DNA of 64,000 nt from an uncultured Bacteroidales bacterium (GCA_963765005.1 CAVXUP010000002.1:133640-197639); one strand, 5' to 3'. Positions 32,099-41,861 are shown, counted from the stretch's first letter. A program made the numbers and translations. Notes: generated by a model not told the origin, from the sequence alone.

Positions 32099-33438
32099 AG
32101 GTTTTTTTTGATTATTTCAACAAGAGTTGAAGGATTAAATGGCTTGCTGATATAATCATCAATTCCTGCAGAAAGACATTTTTCCTGGTCGCCAAGCATT
32201 GCATTCGCAGTAATTGCTATTATTGGAACATGTGAATCAGTTGCAGATTCAAGTGCTCTTATCTTTTCTGTCGCAACAAGTCCGCTCATCACAGGCATCT
32301 GGATATCCATAAGGATGACGTCGTATTTTGATGTTCCAAACTTTTGGAGAGCCTCCTTTCCGTTGGCTGCAGTATCGATAAATCTGACCAGCGGTTTAAG
32401 AGTGAGCAGAATGATCTTCTGGTTTATAGCATTGTCCTCAACCAGAAGCACATTGAGATCCTTAAGGTTTTTCCTTGTCTTCTCCTTCTGTGCCAGTTCC
32501 CCGATAATAGAGGGGGCAATTCTCTGTTTAATGTCTTCAACAGGATCAACAAAGGGAAGCAGAATTTTCAGGACAGCAGAGTCAGCCCTTTTTTCCTGAG
32601 TGTAACTTCCACCGGCATAAGATACCAGCCTTGATGCTAAACTCTCGTCTGTACCCTTGCCGCTGATTAAAGAGATATCCTTGTCGGCCAGCAGAAAAAC
32701 AGATACCTGTTTTCCCTGGGTTTCTGAGGAGACTTTATTAATTGTCATTTCGACACTCAACACTTTTTCCGAAACCTGGCTCTGAATTCTGCTCAAAAGG
32801 TCGAGGATTATCTGTTTGATTATTATTGGATCTCCAAGACAGTCATAATCATCATTTTCACTCCATTTCAGATCGAAATCGAGCTTTGCGTTGTCTTTGA
32901 GGTTATAAAGGGCTATCGTGTTTTGAACAGTTGAAACCAGGTTGTATTTTATTGCTTTTCTCTGAACAAAGCTCAGGTTTTCAGCCGACTGCATTGTTAA
33001 TTCATTAACAGAATCTACCATGTTGCTTGTGGAGGCAATAATAGTTTCTATCAGTTCTTTCTGCTTTTTCTGCAGGCTCGATTCCATGAGCATGTCTGCT
33101 ATAATAACCAGGTTGTTCAACGGTTCCCTTATCCTGTGCGAGAAATTGGTTATCACATCATCCTTCTTTTCGCTCATAATAGTTCTCTCTTCAAGCGATC
33201 TTAAGAATTCAATATTTATGTCCGATTTCTTCCTGATTACCATAATGCTCAGAGTTGCACTTACTATTATAAGACAACCTGCCAAAAGGTATAATCCTGC
33301 CATAATAAGCAGAAGGGCAGCAATAAGCAGGAATACAGATATTATAAGTAACACCTCAGTATATCTTCTTTTATTCCCTGATAAACTTTCAGCAGTTCCC
33401 TTTAATTCTCTGCTAATGTTACTTTTTACCTGAATCAT
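32095..33438 (-). CDS. Hybrid sensor histidine kinase-like protein (2 TM, H-box, degenerate catalytic domain, receiver domain)
   Basis: H-box FSHRIREPLNN. Receiver domain with VLLVEDN, DVILMDIQMPVMSG and ISKPF. No N/G1/G2 ATP-binding boxes found between the two. Confidence 0.8.
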   Translation of the reverse strand: MIQVKSNISRELKGTAESLSGNKRRYTEVLLIISVFLLIAALLLIMAGLYLLAGCLIIVSATLSIMVIRKKSDINIEFLRSLEERTIMSEKKDDVITNFSHRIREPLNNLVIIADMLMESSLQKKQKELIETIIASTSNMVDSVNELTMQSAENLSFVQRKAIKYNLVSTVQNTIALYNLKDNAKLDFDLKWSENDDYDCLGDPIIIKQIILDLLSRIQSQVSEKVLSVEMTINKVSSETQGKQVSVFLLADKDISLISGKGTDESLASRLVSYAGGSYTQEKRADSAVLKILLPFVDPVEDIKQRIAPSIIGELAQKEKTRKNLKDLNVLLVEDNAINQKIILLTLKPLVRFIDTAANGKEALQKFGTSKYDVILMDIQMPVMSGLVATEKIRALESATDSHVPIIAITANAMLGDQEKCLSAGIDDYISKPFNPSTLVEIIKKNL

Positions 33439-33587
33439 ACTAATAAATAATTTTCTGCTTTTGTAAATTTAAGCAAATTCTGTTATTAAAATTACACTAT
33501 CAATTATTAACGGCCTATTGTAGAAAAAACCTTAAATTTGCCGCTGCGGTATGATATTTGAACTGTATTGTTAAAATTATCCTTGCC

Positions 33588-34349
33588 ATGAATAAAGCGT
33601 TGAGAGTTGTTTTTCTTATGTCGTTCATTTTATCCCGCTTTTCTGTTAGTCTCTTAAGCGGACAAGAGGATGAAGGTACGGTGAAATACACCCCTGATTT
33701 CAAATTCACCGATGGTATTTATCTGAATTTTGAGCAGGTCAGGCTTAATAGTCCGATACCAAAAGCTAAGCTTCTGACTTCAGTTGATTATAACGACAGA
33801 GAGTTTTTCAAGCGGGTGCTTGCCCTTGATAAGATCTATTTTTACGATAACCTTGGAATAAGGCAGGACGTAAATAAGAGCGATATATGGGGATATTCCA
33901 GAAATGGGGTATTATATATCCAGATTCAGGAGAATTTCAACCGGATCACCTTTGTCGGAAATATATGCCATTTTGTTGCAGATATCACAACTATCGACAA
34001 CCGTTATTCAAACTCCCCGTATGGCTATTATGATCCCTATTATTCTCCTTACGGGTACGGGAACTATTATAGCCCGTATAACTATTATTCGCCGTATTCT
34101 CCATATAGCCCGTATTCATCATACAACCAGCCTGTATCGAGGACTGAGCTTCAGCAATACATGATCGACTTCGAAAGCGGGAAGGTGCTTGAATTTGATG
34201 TAGACAATACAGAGCTGCTTTTAATGAGAGACACAGAGCTTTATGATGAATATATTCAACTTTCAAAGCAGGCGAAGAAAGAAAAGATGTTTGTCTATAT
34301 AAGGAAGTTTAACGAAAGGAATCCACTCTATGTTCCTGTAAAACAATAA
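33588..34349 (+). CDS. Secreted hypothetical protein with a Tyr/Pro/Ser low-complexity segment
   Basis: Start MNKALRVVFLMSFILSRFSVSLLSGQ (signal-like) preferred over 33558. Segment SPYGYYDPYYSPYGYGNYYSPYNYYSPYSPYSPYSSYN. Confidence 0.65.
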   Translation: MNKALRVVFLMSFILSRFSVSLLSGQEDEGTVKYTPDFKFTDGIYLNFEQVRLNSPIPKAKLLTSVDYNDREFFKRVLALDKIYFYDNLGIRQDVNKSDIWGYSRNGVLYIQIQENFNRITFVGNICHFVADITTIDNRYSNSPYGYYDPYYSPYGYGNYYSPYNYYSPYSPYSPYSSYNQPVSRTELQQYMIDFESGKVLEFDVDNTELLLMRDTELYDEYIQLSKQAKKEKMFVYIRKFNERNPLYVPVKQ

Positions 34350-34356
34350 GATTATA

Positions 34357-35202
34357 ATGAAGATACCGATTCTGACAGCTTGCCTGTTATTATTTACCTT
34401 ACTGTTAAAAGCCCAGGCTCCCTTTCCTTTAAAAGATGAGATTAAGCAATTTACAGTATCAAAGACCTGTGTTGTACTTGACGAAGATCAGTATAGCGTT
34501 TATAATACATATATCAAAAGAGCAATGAAGGAGTACTGGACAGTAACTCCTTATGAATTCATTCAATCAACCGACTTTGAGGCCAGGCGTACCGACCCTG
34601 CATATTCTTTCATTCTGCTTACACAAACCAATTTTGAGAATGACAAGTCAAACTCAAAGTATAATTTCATTAATCTGCTCCAGGGAAAGAATGTCGATCA
34701 GCTGGGGAAAATGCCCGAGATATGTGCCATACCGCTTTCCTTTTCAGGTGAAGATGACCTTGAGTATGGTTACAAGCTGGGAGCTGTCCTTAAATTCATG
34801 CAGAAACATGCACTTATGATAGCTGATGATCCGACACTTACCGGCAGAAGATATCTTAAATACTATAATAAATTTACTCCTGAAGTGCACACGCGGAAAA
34901 TTCTTGTCAGGCAGGAAGATCTTTCTCCCGCGATCTCAACACCTGAGAGCATAAAATCGGTTTATAGCTATGAACTTGTTATTGTTCCTGAAGCAGATAT
35001 CGTGAAAGCTATTGCCGACAAGGCTCCGAATACACTGATTCTTCATGTGGTTGGCCCCGGGGTTGAGAGCCAGGCAGGATATTGTTATAAGATGCTTATC
35101 GGAGCAGATGATGCTAACATGTACTACTATAACCAGCACAGGATTGATAAGTCCAATCCTTACGGACTGCTTCCCGCAGATCTTAAGCGTATGGTAAAGT
35201 AA
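34357..35202 (+). CDS. Hypothetical secreted protein (281 aa)
   Basis: Signal peptide MKIPILTACLLLFTLLLKAQA, no recognisable motif, 7 nt after the previous gene. Confidence 0.6.
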   Translation: MKIPILTACLLLFTLLLKAQAPFPLKDEIKQFTVSKTCVVLDEDQYSVYNTYIKRAMKEYWTVTPYEFIQSTDFEARRTDPAYSFILLTQTNFENDKSNSKYNFINLLQGKNVDQLGKMPEICAIPLSFSGEDDLEYGYKLGAVLKFMQKHALMIADDPTLTGRRYLKYYNKFTPEVHTRKILVRQEDLSPAISTPESIKSVYSYELVIVPEADIVKAIADKAPNTLILHVVGPGVESQAGYCYKMLIGADDANMYYYNQHRIDKSNPYGLLPADLKRMVK

Positions 35203-35256
35203 CTTTGATGCAGCATTTGGATTCCGGCAACGTCTTTTAGAAAAACAGATAATATC

Positions 35257-35613
35257 ATGGAAGAGAACAGGCTCACATCAGAATCAGAACGAAACTGGGC
35301 AATGCTTTGCCATCTGTCGTCATTCTCAGGTTACTTTTTCCCTTTTGGAGGTGTTATCGGGCCGCTCATCTGCTGGTTATCAAAAAGGGATGAATCGTCG
35401 TGGGTAAATGAAAACGGGAAAAATTCAATGAACTTCCAGTTGTCAATGCTGCTTTATATGGTCCTTAATATTCCTCTCTGCTTTATAATAATCGGTTTTC
35501 CGATTCTTTTCCTTCTTCTGACACTCAAGCTTATCTGCGTGATAATCGCAAGTATCAAAGCTTCAAAGGGCGAGGTCTTCAGATACCCCTTGTCAATACC
35601 GTTTATTCAGTAA
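35257..35613 (+). CDS. DUF4870-like small membrane protein
   Basis: [31 protein letters not shown]...NFQLS pattern with 2-3 TM segments. Confidence 0.65.
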   Translation: MEENRLTSESERNWAMLCHLSSFSGYFFPFGGVIGPLICWLSKRDESSWVNENGKNSMNFQLSMLLYMVLNIPLCFIIIGFPILFLLLTLKLICVIIASIKASKGEVFRYPLSIPFIQ

Positions 35614-35621
35614 GGAAGAAT

Positions 35622-35723
35622 GCTGTAGAGGCTGTAAAGGCTGTAGAGGCTGTAAAGGGGAAGATACTATATATTCATTCCTTTAAAGCATTTACAGCCT
35701 TTATAGCATTTACAGCCTTTTTT
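35622..35723 (+). terminator. Very long imperfect hairpin built from tandem repeats, followed by a T6 run
   Basis: 5' arm is (CTGTAGAGG CTGTAAAGG) x2 at 35623-35658. 3' arm is (CCTTTAWAGCATTTACAG) x2 at 35680-35717. Followed by TTTTTT. Confidence 0.6.
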
Positions 35724-35759
35724 CATACTTTTGCCTTTTATCTTTTATCTTTTGAATTT

Positions 35760-37157
35760 ATGTCATCCAAACCTTCAATTCCCAAAGGGACGCGCGATTT
35801 TTCCACTGAGGAGATGCTCAGGCGCGACTATATCTTCGGCACTATAAAAGAAGTCTTCAGATTATACGGGTATCAGCCGATAGAGACACCGGCAATGGAA
35901 AACCTTACTACTCTTCTGGGAAAATATGGAGAGGAGGGAGACAAGCTTCTTTTCAGGATCCTTAACTCTGGTGATTTTCTTTCAGGCCTCACAGATGAGG
36001 AACTGGTCTCGAAGGAAACTGGTAAGATCTCCTCAAGGATCTGCGAAAAAGGCCTGAGATATGATCTTACTGTCCCTTTTGCCAGGTATGTTGTCCAGCA
36101 TCGCGACGAGATAGTGTTCCCTTTTAAGAGATTTCAGATTCAGCCGGTATGGAGGGCCGACCGCCCCCAGAAAGGCCGGTACCGTGAATTTTTCCAGTGC
36201 GATGTGGATGTGATTGGAAGTGATTCGCTGTTGAATGAATATGAGCTCGTCAGGATTATCGATGATATCTTTGAGAAACTAAAGGTATCGGTAATTGTAA
36301 AGATCAATAACCGGAAAATACTGGCAGGGATTGCTGAATATATCGGTGAAGCAGGAAGGATAACAGATATAACTGTTGCCATCGACAAGATTGACAAGAT
36401 AGGGATTGAAGCAGTTAACAGTGAACTGGCAGGCAAAGGTCTGTCGTCCGATGCAATTAAAGCTCTTCAACCTGTACTGAAGCTTGACGGAAGGAATACT
36501 GAGAAACTGGATAAGCTCGAAAATATACTCGCCGGATCTGAAGAGGGGCTTAAGGGTATATCCGAAATGCGTACAATTTTTAAATATCTCGAAGGCACTC
36601 AGTTGAACTGTGATATTGAACTTGACCTGACCCTTGCCAGGGGATTGAACTACTATACAGGTGCCATCATTGAGGTGAAGTCTAAAGACGTTGCCATCGG
36701 AAGCATTTGCGGGGGCGGACGCTATGATAATCTCACAGGAGTTTTCGGAATGGAGGGGGTGTCGGGTGTGGGTGTTTCATTCGGGGCCGACAGGATCTAT
36801 GATGTTCTCAGCCAGCTGGAGCTTTTCAAAACGATTAAAGTCTCATCATCTGATGTTATGGTTGTTAACTTTGGTAATAAAGAGGCGGAATTTGCTCTGA
36901 CTATTACCGATGCACTGAGGAAAAATGGAGTCAGCGCGGAGATATTTCCCGATGCATCGAAGCTTAAAAAGCAGATTTCATATGCTGATTCAAAAAAGAT
37001 CCCGTTTATTATTATGGCCGGTGAGGAAGAGATAATTCAAAACATTTTTACTGTTAAATCAATGTCGTCAGGCGATCAGAAAAAAGTTGCATTAAGCGAT
37101 CTTGAAGCCTATATTGAAAATGAACTTAAGCCTGAACTCACAGGCGAACGATCGTAA
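35760..37157 (+). CDS. hisS: Histidine--tRNA ligase
   Basis: PKGTRDF, class II motif 2 ([13 protein letters not shown]) and motif 3 (GGGRYDNL), plus an anticodon-binding C-terminus. Confidence 0.97.
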   Translation: MSSKPSIPKGTRDFSTEEMLRRDYIFGTIKEVFRLYGYQPIETPAMENLTTLLGKYGEEGDKLLFRILNSGDFLSGLTDEELVSKETGKISSRICEKGLRYDLTVPFARYVVQHRDEIVFPFKRFQIQPVWRADRPQKGRYREFFQCDVDVIGSDSLLNEYELVRIIDDIFEKLKVSVIVKINNRKILAGIAEYIGEAGRITDITVAIDKIDKIGIEAVNSELAGKGLSSDAIKALQPVLKLDGRNTEKLDKLENILAGSEEGLKGISEMRTIFKYLEGTQLNCDIELDLTLARGLNYYTGAIIEVKSKDVAIGSICGGGRYDNLTGVFGMEGVSGVGVSFGADRIYDVLSQLELFKTIKVSSSDVMVVNFGNKEAEFALTITDALRKNGVSAEIFPDASKLKKQISYADSKKIPFIIMAGEEEIIQNIFTVKSMSSGDQKKVALSDLEAYIENELKPELTGERS

Positions 37158-37169
37158 AAAACATCTCTT

Positions 37170-38660
37170 ATGATTTATGAAATATCTCCAAAGCAACTCA
37201 ATCCTGTTCTTATTGAGGAGCTCGTAAAGAAAAATGCAAGGCTGGTTCTGTCAGAGGAGTCGAAAGAACTCATTAACACCTGCAGGGAGTACCTCGATCG
37301 TAAACTTGAGAATGCCACAGAGCCGATATATGGTATCACGACAGGATTCGGATCGCTGTGCAACAAAACAATAAGCAAGGATCAGCTTAATAAACTCCAG
37401 GAGAATCTTGTCACGTCACACGCCTGTGGTGTAGGGCCGGAAGTCAGGGAGGATATAGTGAGGTCCATGCTGCTTCTGAAGATTCATGCACTTAGTTATG
37501 GAAAATCAGGGGTGCAGCTTGAGACTGTCCAGAGGCTGATTGATTTCTTTAATGAATCAGTTACACCAGTTGTATATGAGCAGGGATCGCTTGGCGCTTC
37601 CGGCGATCTGGCACCTCTTGCCCACCTGGTCCTTCCTCTTTTAGGAGTAGGGGAGGTTAACTTTCAGGGAAAGAGGTATGAGTCATCCACAATCCTGAAG
37701 AAATTCGGTTGGACACCTGTCACGCTCAAATCGAAGGAAGGTCTTGCCCTGCTTAACGGAACACAGTTTATGAGTTCCTATGGAGTATATATTATTATGA
37801 TGGCAGAAAGGTTGTCGGAAGTTGCGGATATAACTGCTGCCGTCTCGCTTGAAGCTTACGATGGCCGGCCCGACCCGTTCTTTGAGAGCCTTCATGCCAT
37901 AAGGCCTCACAGGGGGCAGATAGTGACTGCTGAATATTTCAGGAAAATACTTGCAGGGAGTCAGCTGATTTCCAGGAACAAGGCTCATGTTCAGGATCCC
38001 TACTCATTCCGTTGCATACCCCAGGTTCATGGAGCCAGTAAGGATGCGATATCCCATGCCGGATCAGTAATACATACCGAGATCAATTCTGTAACCGATA
38101 ACCCGACAATATTTCCTGATGATGACCTTATAGTTTCAGGAGGTAATTTTCATGGTCAGCCTCTGGCGCTCGTTTTTGACTTTCTCTCCATTGCGCTGGC
38201 TGAACTTGGCAGTATCTCTGAAAGAAGGATTTACAGACTGATATCAGGTGAGAGGGAACTTCCTGAATTTCTTGTAGCCAATCCGGGACTGAACAGCGGG
38301 TTTATGATACCGCAATATACAGCGGCTTCGGTTGTGAGTCAGAACAAGCAGCTCTGCACTCCTTCATCGGTAGACTCCATTCCCTCCTCAAATGAGCAGG
38401 AGGATCATGTAAGCATGGGTGCCAACGGAGCTACGAAACTGCTACGGATAGCTGAAAACCTTGAGAAGATCCTTGCGATTGAATTTTTTACTGCTGCCCA
38501 GGCACTTGAGTTCAGGAGACCTTTAAAATCGTCGCCTTTTATTGAAGGCATTATTGAGGCTTACAGGAAAAAAGTCTCATTCATAAATGATGATCGGATA
38601 ATGTATCACGAAATAGCAAAGACTATCGATTTTATAAGAGGCCTCAGTACAAATTTATAA
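37170..38660 (+). CDS. hutH: Histidine ammonia-lyase
   Basis: MIO-forming GASGDLAPLAH motif; 496 aa, aromatic ammonia-lyase architecture. Confidence 0.93.
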   Translation: MIYEISPKQLNPVLIEELVKKNARLVLSEESKELINTCREYLDRKLENATEPIYGITTGFGSLCNKTISKDQLNKLQENLVTSHACGVGPEVREDIVRSMLLLKIHALSYGKSGVQLETVQRLIDFFNESVTPVVYEQGSLGASGDLAPLAHLVLPLLGVGEVNFQGKRYESSTILKKFGWTPVTLKSKEGLALLNGTQFMSSYGVYIIMMAERLSEVADITAAVSLEAYDGRPDPFFESLHAIRPHRGQIVTAEYFRKILAGSQLISRNKAHVQDPYSFRCIPQVHGASKDAISHAGSVIHTEINSVTDNPTIFPDDDLIVSGGNFHGQPLALVFDFLSIALAELGSISERRIYRLISGERELPEFLVANPGLNSGFMIPQYTAASVVSQNKQLCTPSSVDSIPSSNEQEDHVSMGANGATKLLRIAENLEKILAIEFFTAAQALEFRRPLKSSPFIEGIIEAYRKKVSFINDDRIMYHEIAKTIDFIRGLSTNL

Positions 38661-38765
38661 ATCGGGATTCATTCTCTGCATCGAATTCTTTCTGGCTCCC
38701 TGCAACTCATTAAGAAGTTGAGCCTTATACTGATTATAAAGCCATGTGTAAAGTGAGCTCTCACT

Positions 38766-38800
38766 CACAAAGGAACACAAAGTACAACACAAAGGAACAC
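38766..38800. repeat. Direct repeat CACAAAGGAACAC x2 (22-nt period)
   Basis: Exact 13-mers at 38766-38778 and 38788-38800, upstream of ychF. Confidence 0.6.
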
Positions 38801-38871
38801 TAAGGGAAAACCATTAATAATTAGCTTTTCAGACAGTTCTGGCTCATGTTGAAAAATCCGCGGAATTATGA

Positions 38872-38879
38872 TAATTTTG
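38872..38879 (+). promoter_or_regulatory. Candidate -7 promoter box (TAATTTTG) for ychF
   Basis: TAnnTTTG match 28 nt upstream of ATG 38907. Confidence 0.4.
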
Positions 38880-38906
38880 CACCCATAAATTAATCCGTGT
38901 AACATA

Positions 38907-40004
38907 ATGGCTCTTCAGTGTGGAATTATCGGGATAACGAATGTTGGAAAGACTACAATTTTCAACTGTATCTCAAATACGAAAGGCGAGACAAATGCAT
39001 TTGCATTCAGCGCCACCAAATCGAACATAGGTGTAGTCCAGGTTCCGGACCCCAGGCTTTATGAGCTTGAGAAACACCAGGTCACCGACAGGATAGTGCA
39101 CACAACAGTTGAGATTGTCGATATCCCCGGGCTGGCAAAAGGTTCAAACAAAGGAGAGGGCGTTGGTAATAAGTTTCTTGGGGATATACGTAATACTGAT
39201 GCACTGATCCATGTGCTGAGATGCTTCGATAACGATGCTTTACCTCACATAGACGGCTCTGTTGATCCTGTCCGCGATCTGGAAACTGTCGATCTGGAAC
39301 TTCAGGTAAAGGATCTTGAGTCGGTGGAGAAGAAGATTGAGAGACTTGAGAAAGCTGTTCGTGCCGGTGATAAGGATGCAAAAAGAGGGGTGGAGGTACT
39401 GAATCATTTCCGCGAGCATTTTGAAAACTTCAGTAATGCAAGGACCCTTGAAGTGAAGGATGAGGACAGAAAGTTTGTGGATGACCTTTTCCTGCTTACA
39501 ATGAAACCTGTCATTTATGTATGCAATGTGGATGAAAGTTCAGCTGCAAAGGGCAATAAGTATGTGGAAAAGGTCAGGGAATATTTCAAGGGAAAGGATG
39601 CAGAAGTCCTTGTTATTGCAGGGGCAATCGAAGCTGAAATAGCTGAACTTGAAAGTGATGAGGACCGCCAGGCGTTCCTGAGTGATGCAGGCCTTTCAGA
39701 GCCCGGAGTTGATCAGCTGGTGAGGGCTGCCTATAAAATGCTGAATCTTCAGACCTTCTTTACTGTTGGCCCCATGGAGATAAGGGCCTGGACAATCAAA
39801 AAAGGTATGAAAGCTCCTGAAGCAGCCGGAGTTATTCACAGCGATCTTGAACGCGGTTTTATCAGGGCTGAAGTAATGAAATACAATGATTTTGTAAAGC
39901 TGGGATCAGAGCATGCCTGCAAGGAAGCCGGGAAATTTCACATCGAAGGGAAGAGTTATGTTGTCGACGACGGCGATATTCTTCATATAAGGTTTAACGT
40001 ATAA
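38907..40004 (+). CDS. ychF: Redox-regulated ribosome-binding ATPase YchF
   Basis: GIIGITNVGKTTIFN P-loop; 365 aa with a TGS-like C-terminus (DGDILHIRFNV). Confidence 0.96.
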   Translation: MALQCGIIGITNVGKTTIFNCISNTKGETNAFAFSATKSNIGVVQVPDPRLYELEKHQVTDRIVHTTVEIVDIPGLAKGSNKGEGVGNKFLGDIRNTDALIHVLRCFDNDALPHIDGSVDPVRDLETVDLELQVKDLESVEKKIERLEKAVRAGDKDAKRGVEVLNHFREHFENFSNARTLEVKDEDRKFVDDLFLLTMKPVIYVCNVDESSAAKGNKYVEKVREYFKGKDAEVLVIAGAIEAEIAELESDEDRQAFLSDAGLSEPGVDQLVRAAYKMLNLQTFFTVGPMEIRAWTIKKGMKAPEAAGVIHSDLERGFIRAEVMKYNDFVKLGSEHACKEAGKFHIEGKSYVVDDGDILHIRFNV

Positions 40005-40010
40005 TATTTT

Positions 40011-41711
40011 ATGGCCAGCCGTGCTTTGATACTCACACTTCTGCTGGTATTCACCTCAGCCTGGTCATATTCCCAGGAGGAAGGTAATGATGATAGATTA
40101 CGCAGGATTGTAAAAGAGTTTGGCCAGGCCGAAGTAGAGCTTCCTTTTTCAGGTACGGTATCGCTTGCGTTACTTTCGAAAGAAGTCTCAATATCCTCTG
40201 TTGCCGGAGGAAAAATAAGCATCAGGTTATCTCCCCTGACTGTTGACTGGTTTATCAGCAAAAGATTTGATTATGTGCTTATTGAAAAGCCCCGAAGCAA
40301 GGGTATTGTGACCGCTTCAGATGTTTCGCAGGCTGCCGGATGGGATAAATATCCCACATATACCCAGTACGATTCAATAATGCAGAGTTTTCAGTCGCTC
40401 TATCCGGCTATCTGTCAGCTTGATACTATTGGCATCAGCAATAACGGCAAGCTGGTGCTGGTCCTGAAGATTTCTGACAATTCCGGTACGGATGAAGATG
40501 AGCCTGAGGTTTTCTACAGCTCAACAATTCATGGCGATGAAACAGGAGGTTTTGTGCTTATGATGCATCTTATCGATCACATCCTCAAAAATTACAATAC
40601 CGATTCCAGGATAAAAAACCTTGTTGATAAGCTCGAGATCTGGATAAATCCTCTTGCCAATCCTGATGGAACATATCCTTCAGGAAACACAATTACAAAT
40701 CCGGTCCGCTTCAACGCCAAAGGTTACGACCTGAACCGTAATTTCCCGGACCCTACTGCTCCGGCGACTACACGGCAGAAAGAGACTCTCGACATGATGA
40801 AGTTCATGCAGGAGCGAAGGTTTGTCATATCAGCTAATTTCCATGCCGGCGTTGAGGTGGTTAACTATCCGTGGGACAGGTGGCTGGCAACTAAACATGC
40901 CGACGACCTGTGGTTTTATCTTATAAGCAGGGATTATGCAGATCTGGCGCATACTTTTTCAGTACCCGGATATATGACCGATCTGAACAATGGTGTTACA
41001 CGCGGGTCTGTCTGGTATGTTATTTCAGGAGGCAGGCAGGATTATGTAACTTATGAACTGCAGGGAAGGGAGGTGACTATTGAACTCGACGATGATTTTA
41101 TGACTCCGGCCAGTGATCTTCCTCTGCTGTGGGAATACAACTACCGTTCATTATTAGGATATCTTGAAAATGCTTTGTTCGGGATTCATGGTTATGTGAA
41201 GGATGCTTTAACCGGAAATCCTGTTCAGGCAAAAATATTTATCCCCGGGCACGATAAGGATAGTTCTCATATTTACAGTGACCAGCTGACCGGCCGGTTT
41301 ACACGGCTTGTCGATCCAAGATCGTGGACACTAAAGTTTTCAGCTCCCGGATATCTAGATGAAACAGTCTACAATATTCCTGTATTTGACGGGCAAAAGA
41401 CCGATATTGAAGTTAACATGGTTCCTTTTACAAATGCAATAGATACAATGAACCCGTCAACTCCTGTCTTCTATCCGAATCCGGCAAGTGAATCTGTTAA
41501 GGCTGTATTGCCTGAAAGCCTGTATGGACAGGTAAATGTCAGGATTTATGATCAGAGAGGCATGCTGATTTCTGATTATGAAGCTGAAGCAACAAGGGGA
41601 TTGCCGCTGATAATTGATCTGGGAGGCTTTCCTTCAGGTGTCTTTTCAGTAATTTTCAGAAGCAGGACCAGCGGGTTATCTTCAACCGGCAGGTTTATTG
41701 TAGTCAGATAG
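40011..41711 (+). CDS. M14-family zinc carboxypeptidase with T9SS C-terminal sorting domain
   Basis: Signal peptide; HGDETGG (HxxE) and NRNFP motifs; second His in NFHAGVEVVNYPW; C-terminal VFYPNPASESV...FIVVR tail. Confidence 0.85.
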   Translation: MASRALILTLLLVFTSAWSYSQEEGNDDRLRRIVKEFGQAEVELPFSGTVSLALLSKEVSISSVAGGKISIRLSPLTVDWFISKRFDYVLIEKPRSKGIVTASDVSQAAGWDKYPTYTQYDSIMQSFQSLYPAICQLDTIGISNNGKLVLVLKISDNSGTDEDEPEVFYSSTIHGDETGGFVLMMHLIDHILKNYNTDSRIKNLVDKLEIWINPLANPDGTYPSGNTITNPVRFNAKGYDLNRNFPDPTAPATTRQKETLDMMKFMQERRFVISANFHAGVEVVNYPWDRWLATKHADDLWFYLISRDYADLAHTFSVPGYMTDLNNGVTRGSVWYVISGGRQDYVTYELQGREVTIELDDDFMTPASDLPLLWEYNYRSLLGYLENALFGIHGYVKDALTGNPVQAKIFIPGHDKDSSHIYSDQLTGRFTRLVDPRSWTLKFSAPGYLDETVYNIPVFDGQKTDIEVNMVPFTNAIDTMNPSTPVFYPNPASESVKAVLPESLYGQVNVRIYDQRGMLISDYEAEATRGLPLIIDLGGFPSGVFSVIFRSRTSGLSSTGRFIVVR

Positions 41712-41861
41712 TCAGTTTCAGGCTCACATCTGCACCTGAAAAAAAGATTGCATTCTTAATAATTAATCCTTTAAAATTTGGTTCTTAATTCTATATTTGA
41801 GAGATTTTTTATTCATTATTTGTAATTGGTTGTTTAATAAAGGAATAGAGGGGATGATGTT

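Noticed and set aside
33904-34266. Overlapping alternative-frame ORFs 33904..34164 (+) and 33991..34266 (-) as nested genes
   Set aside because: They coincide with the TAT/CCN/TCN-rich low-complexity stretch of the Tyr/Pro/Ser protein. Such stretches are stop-poor in several frames, and there is no independent start or terminator signal.
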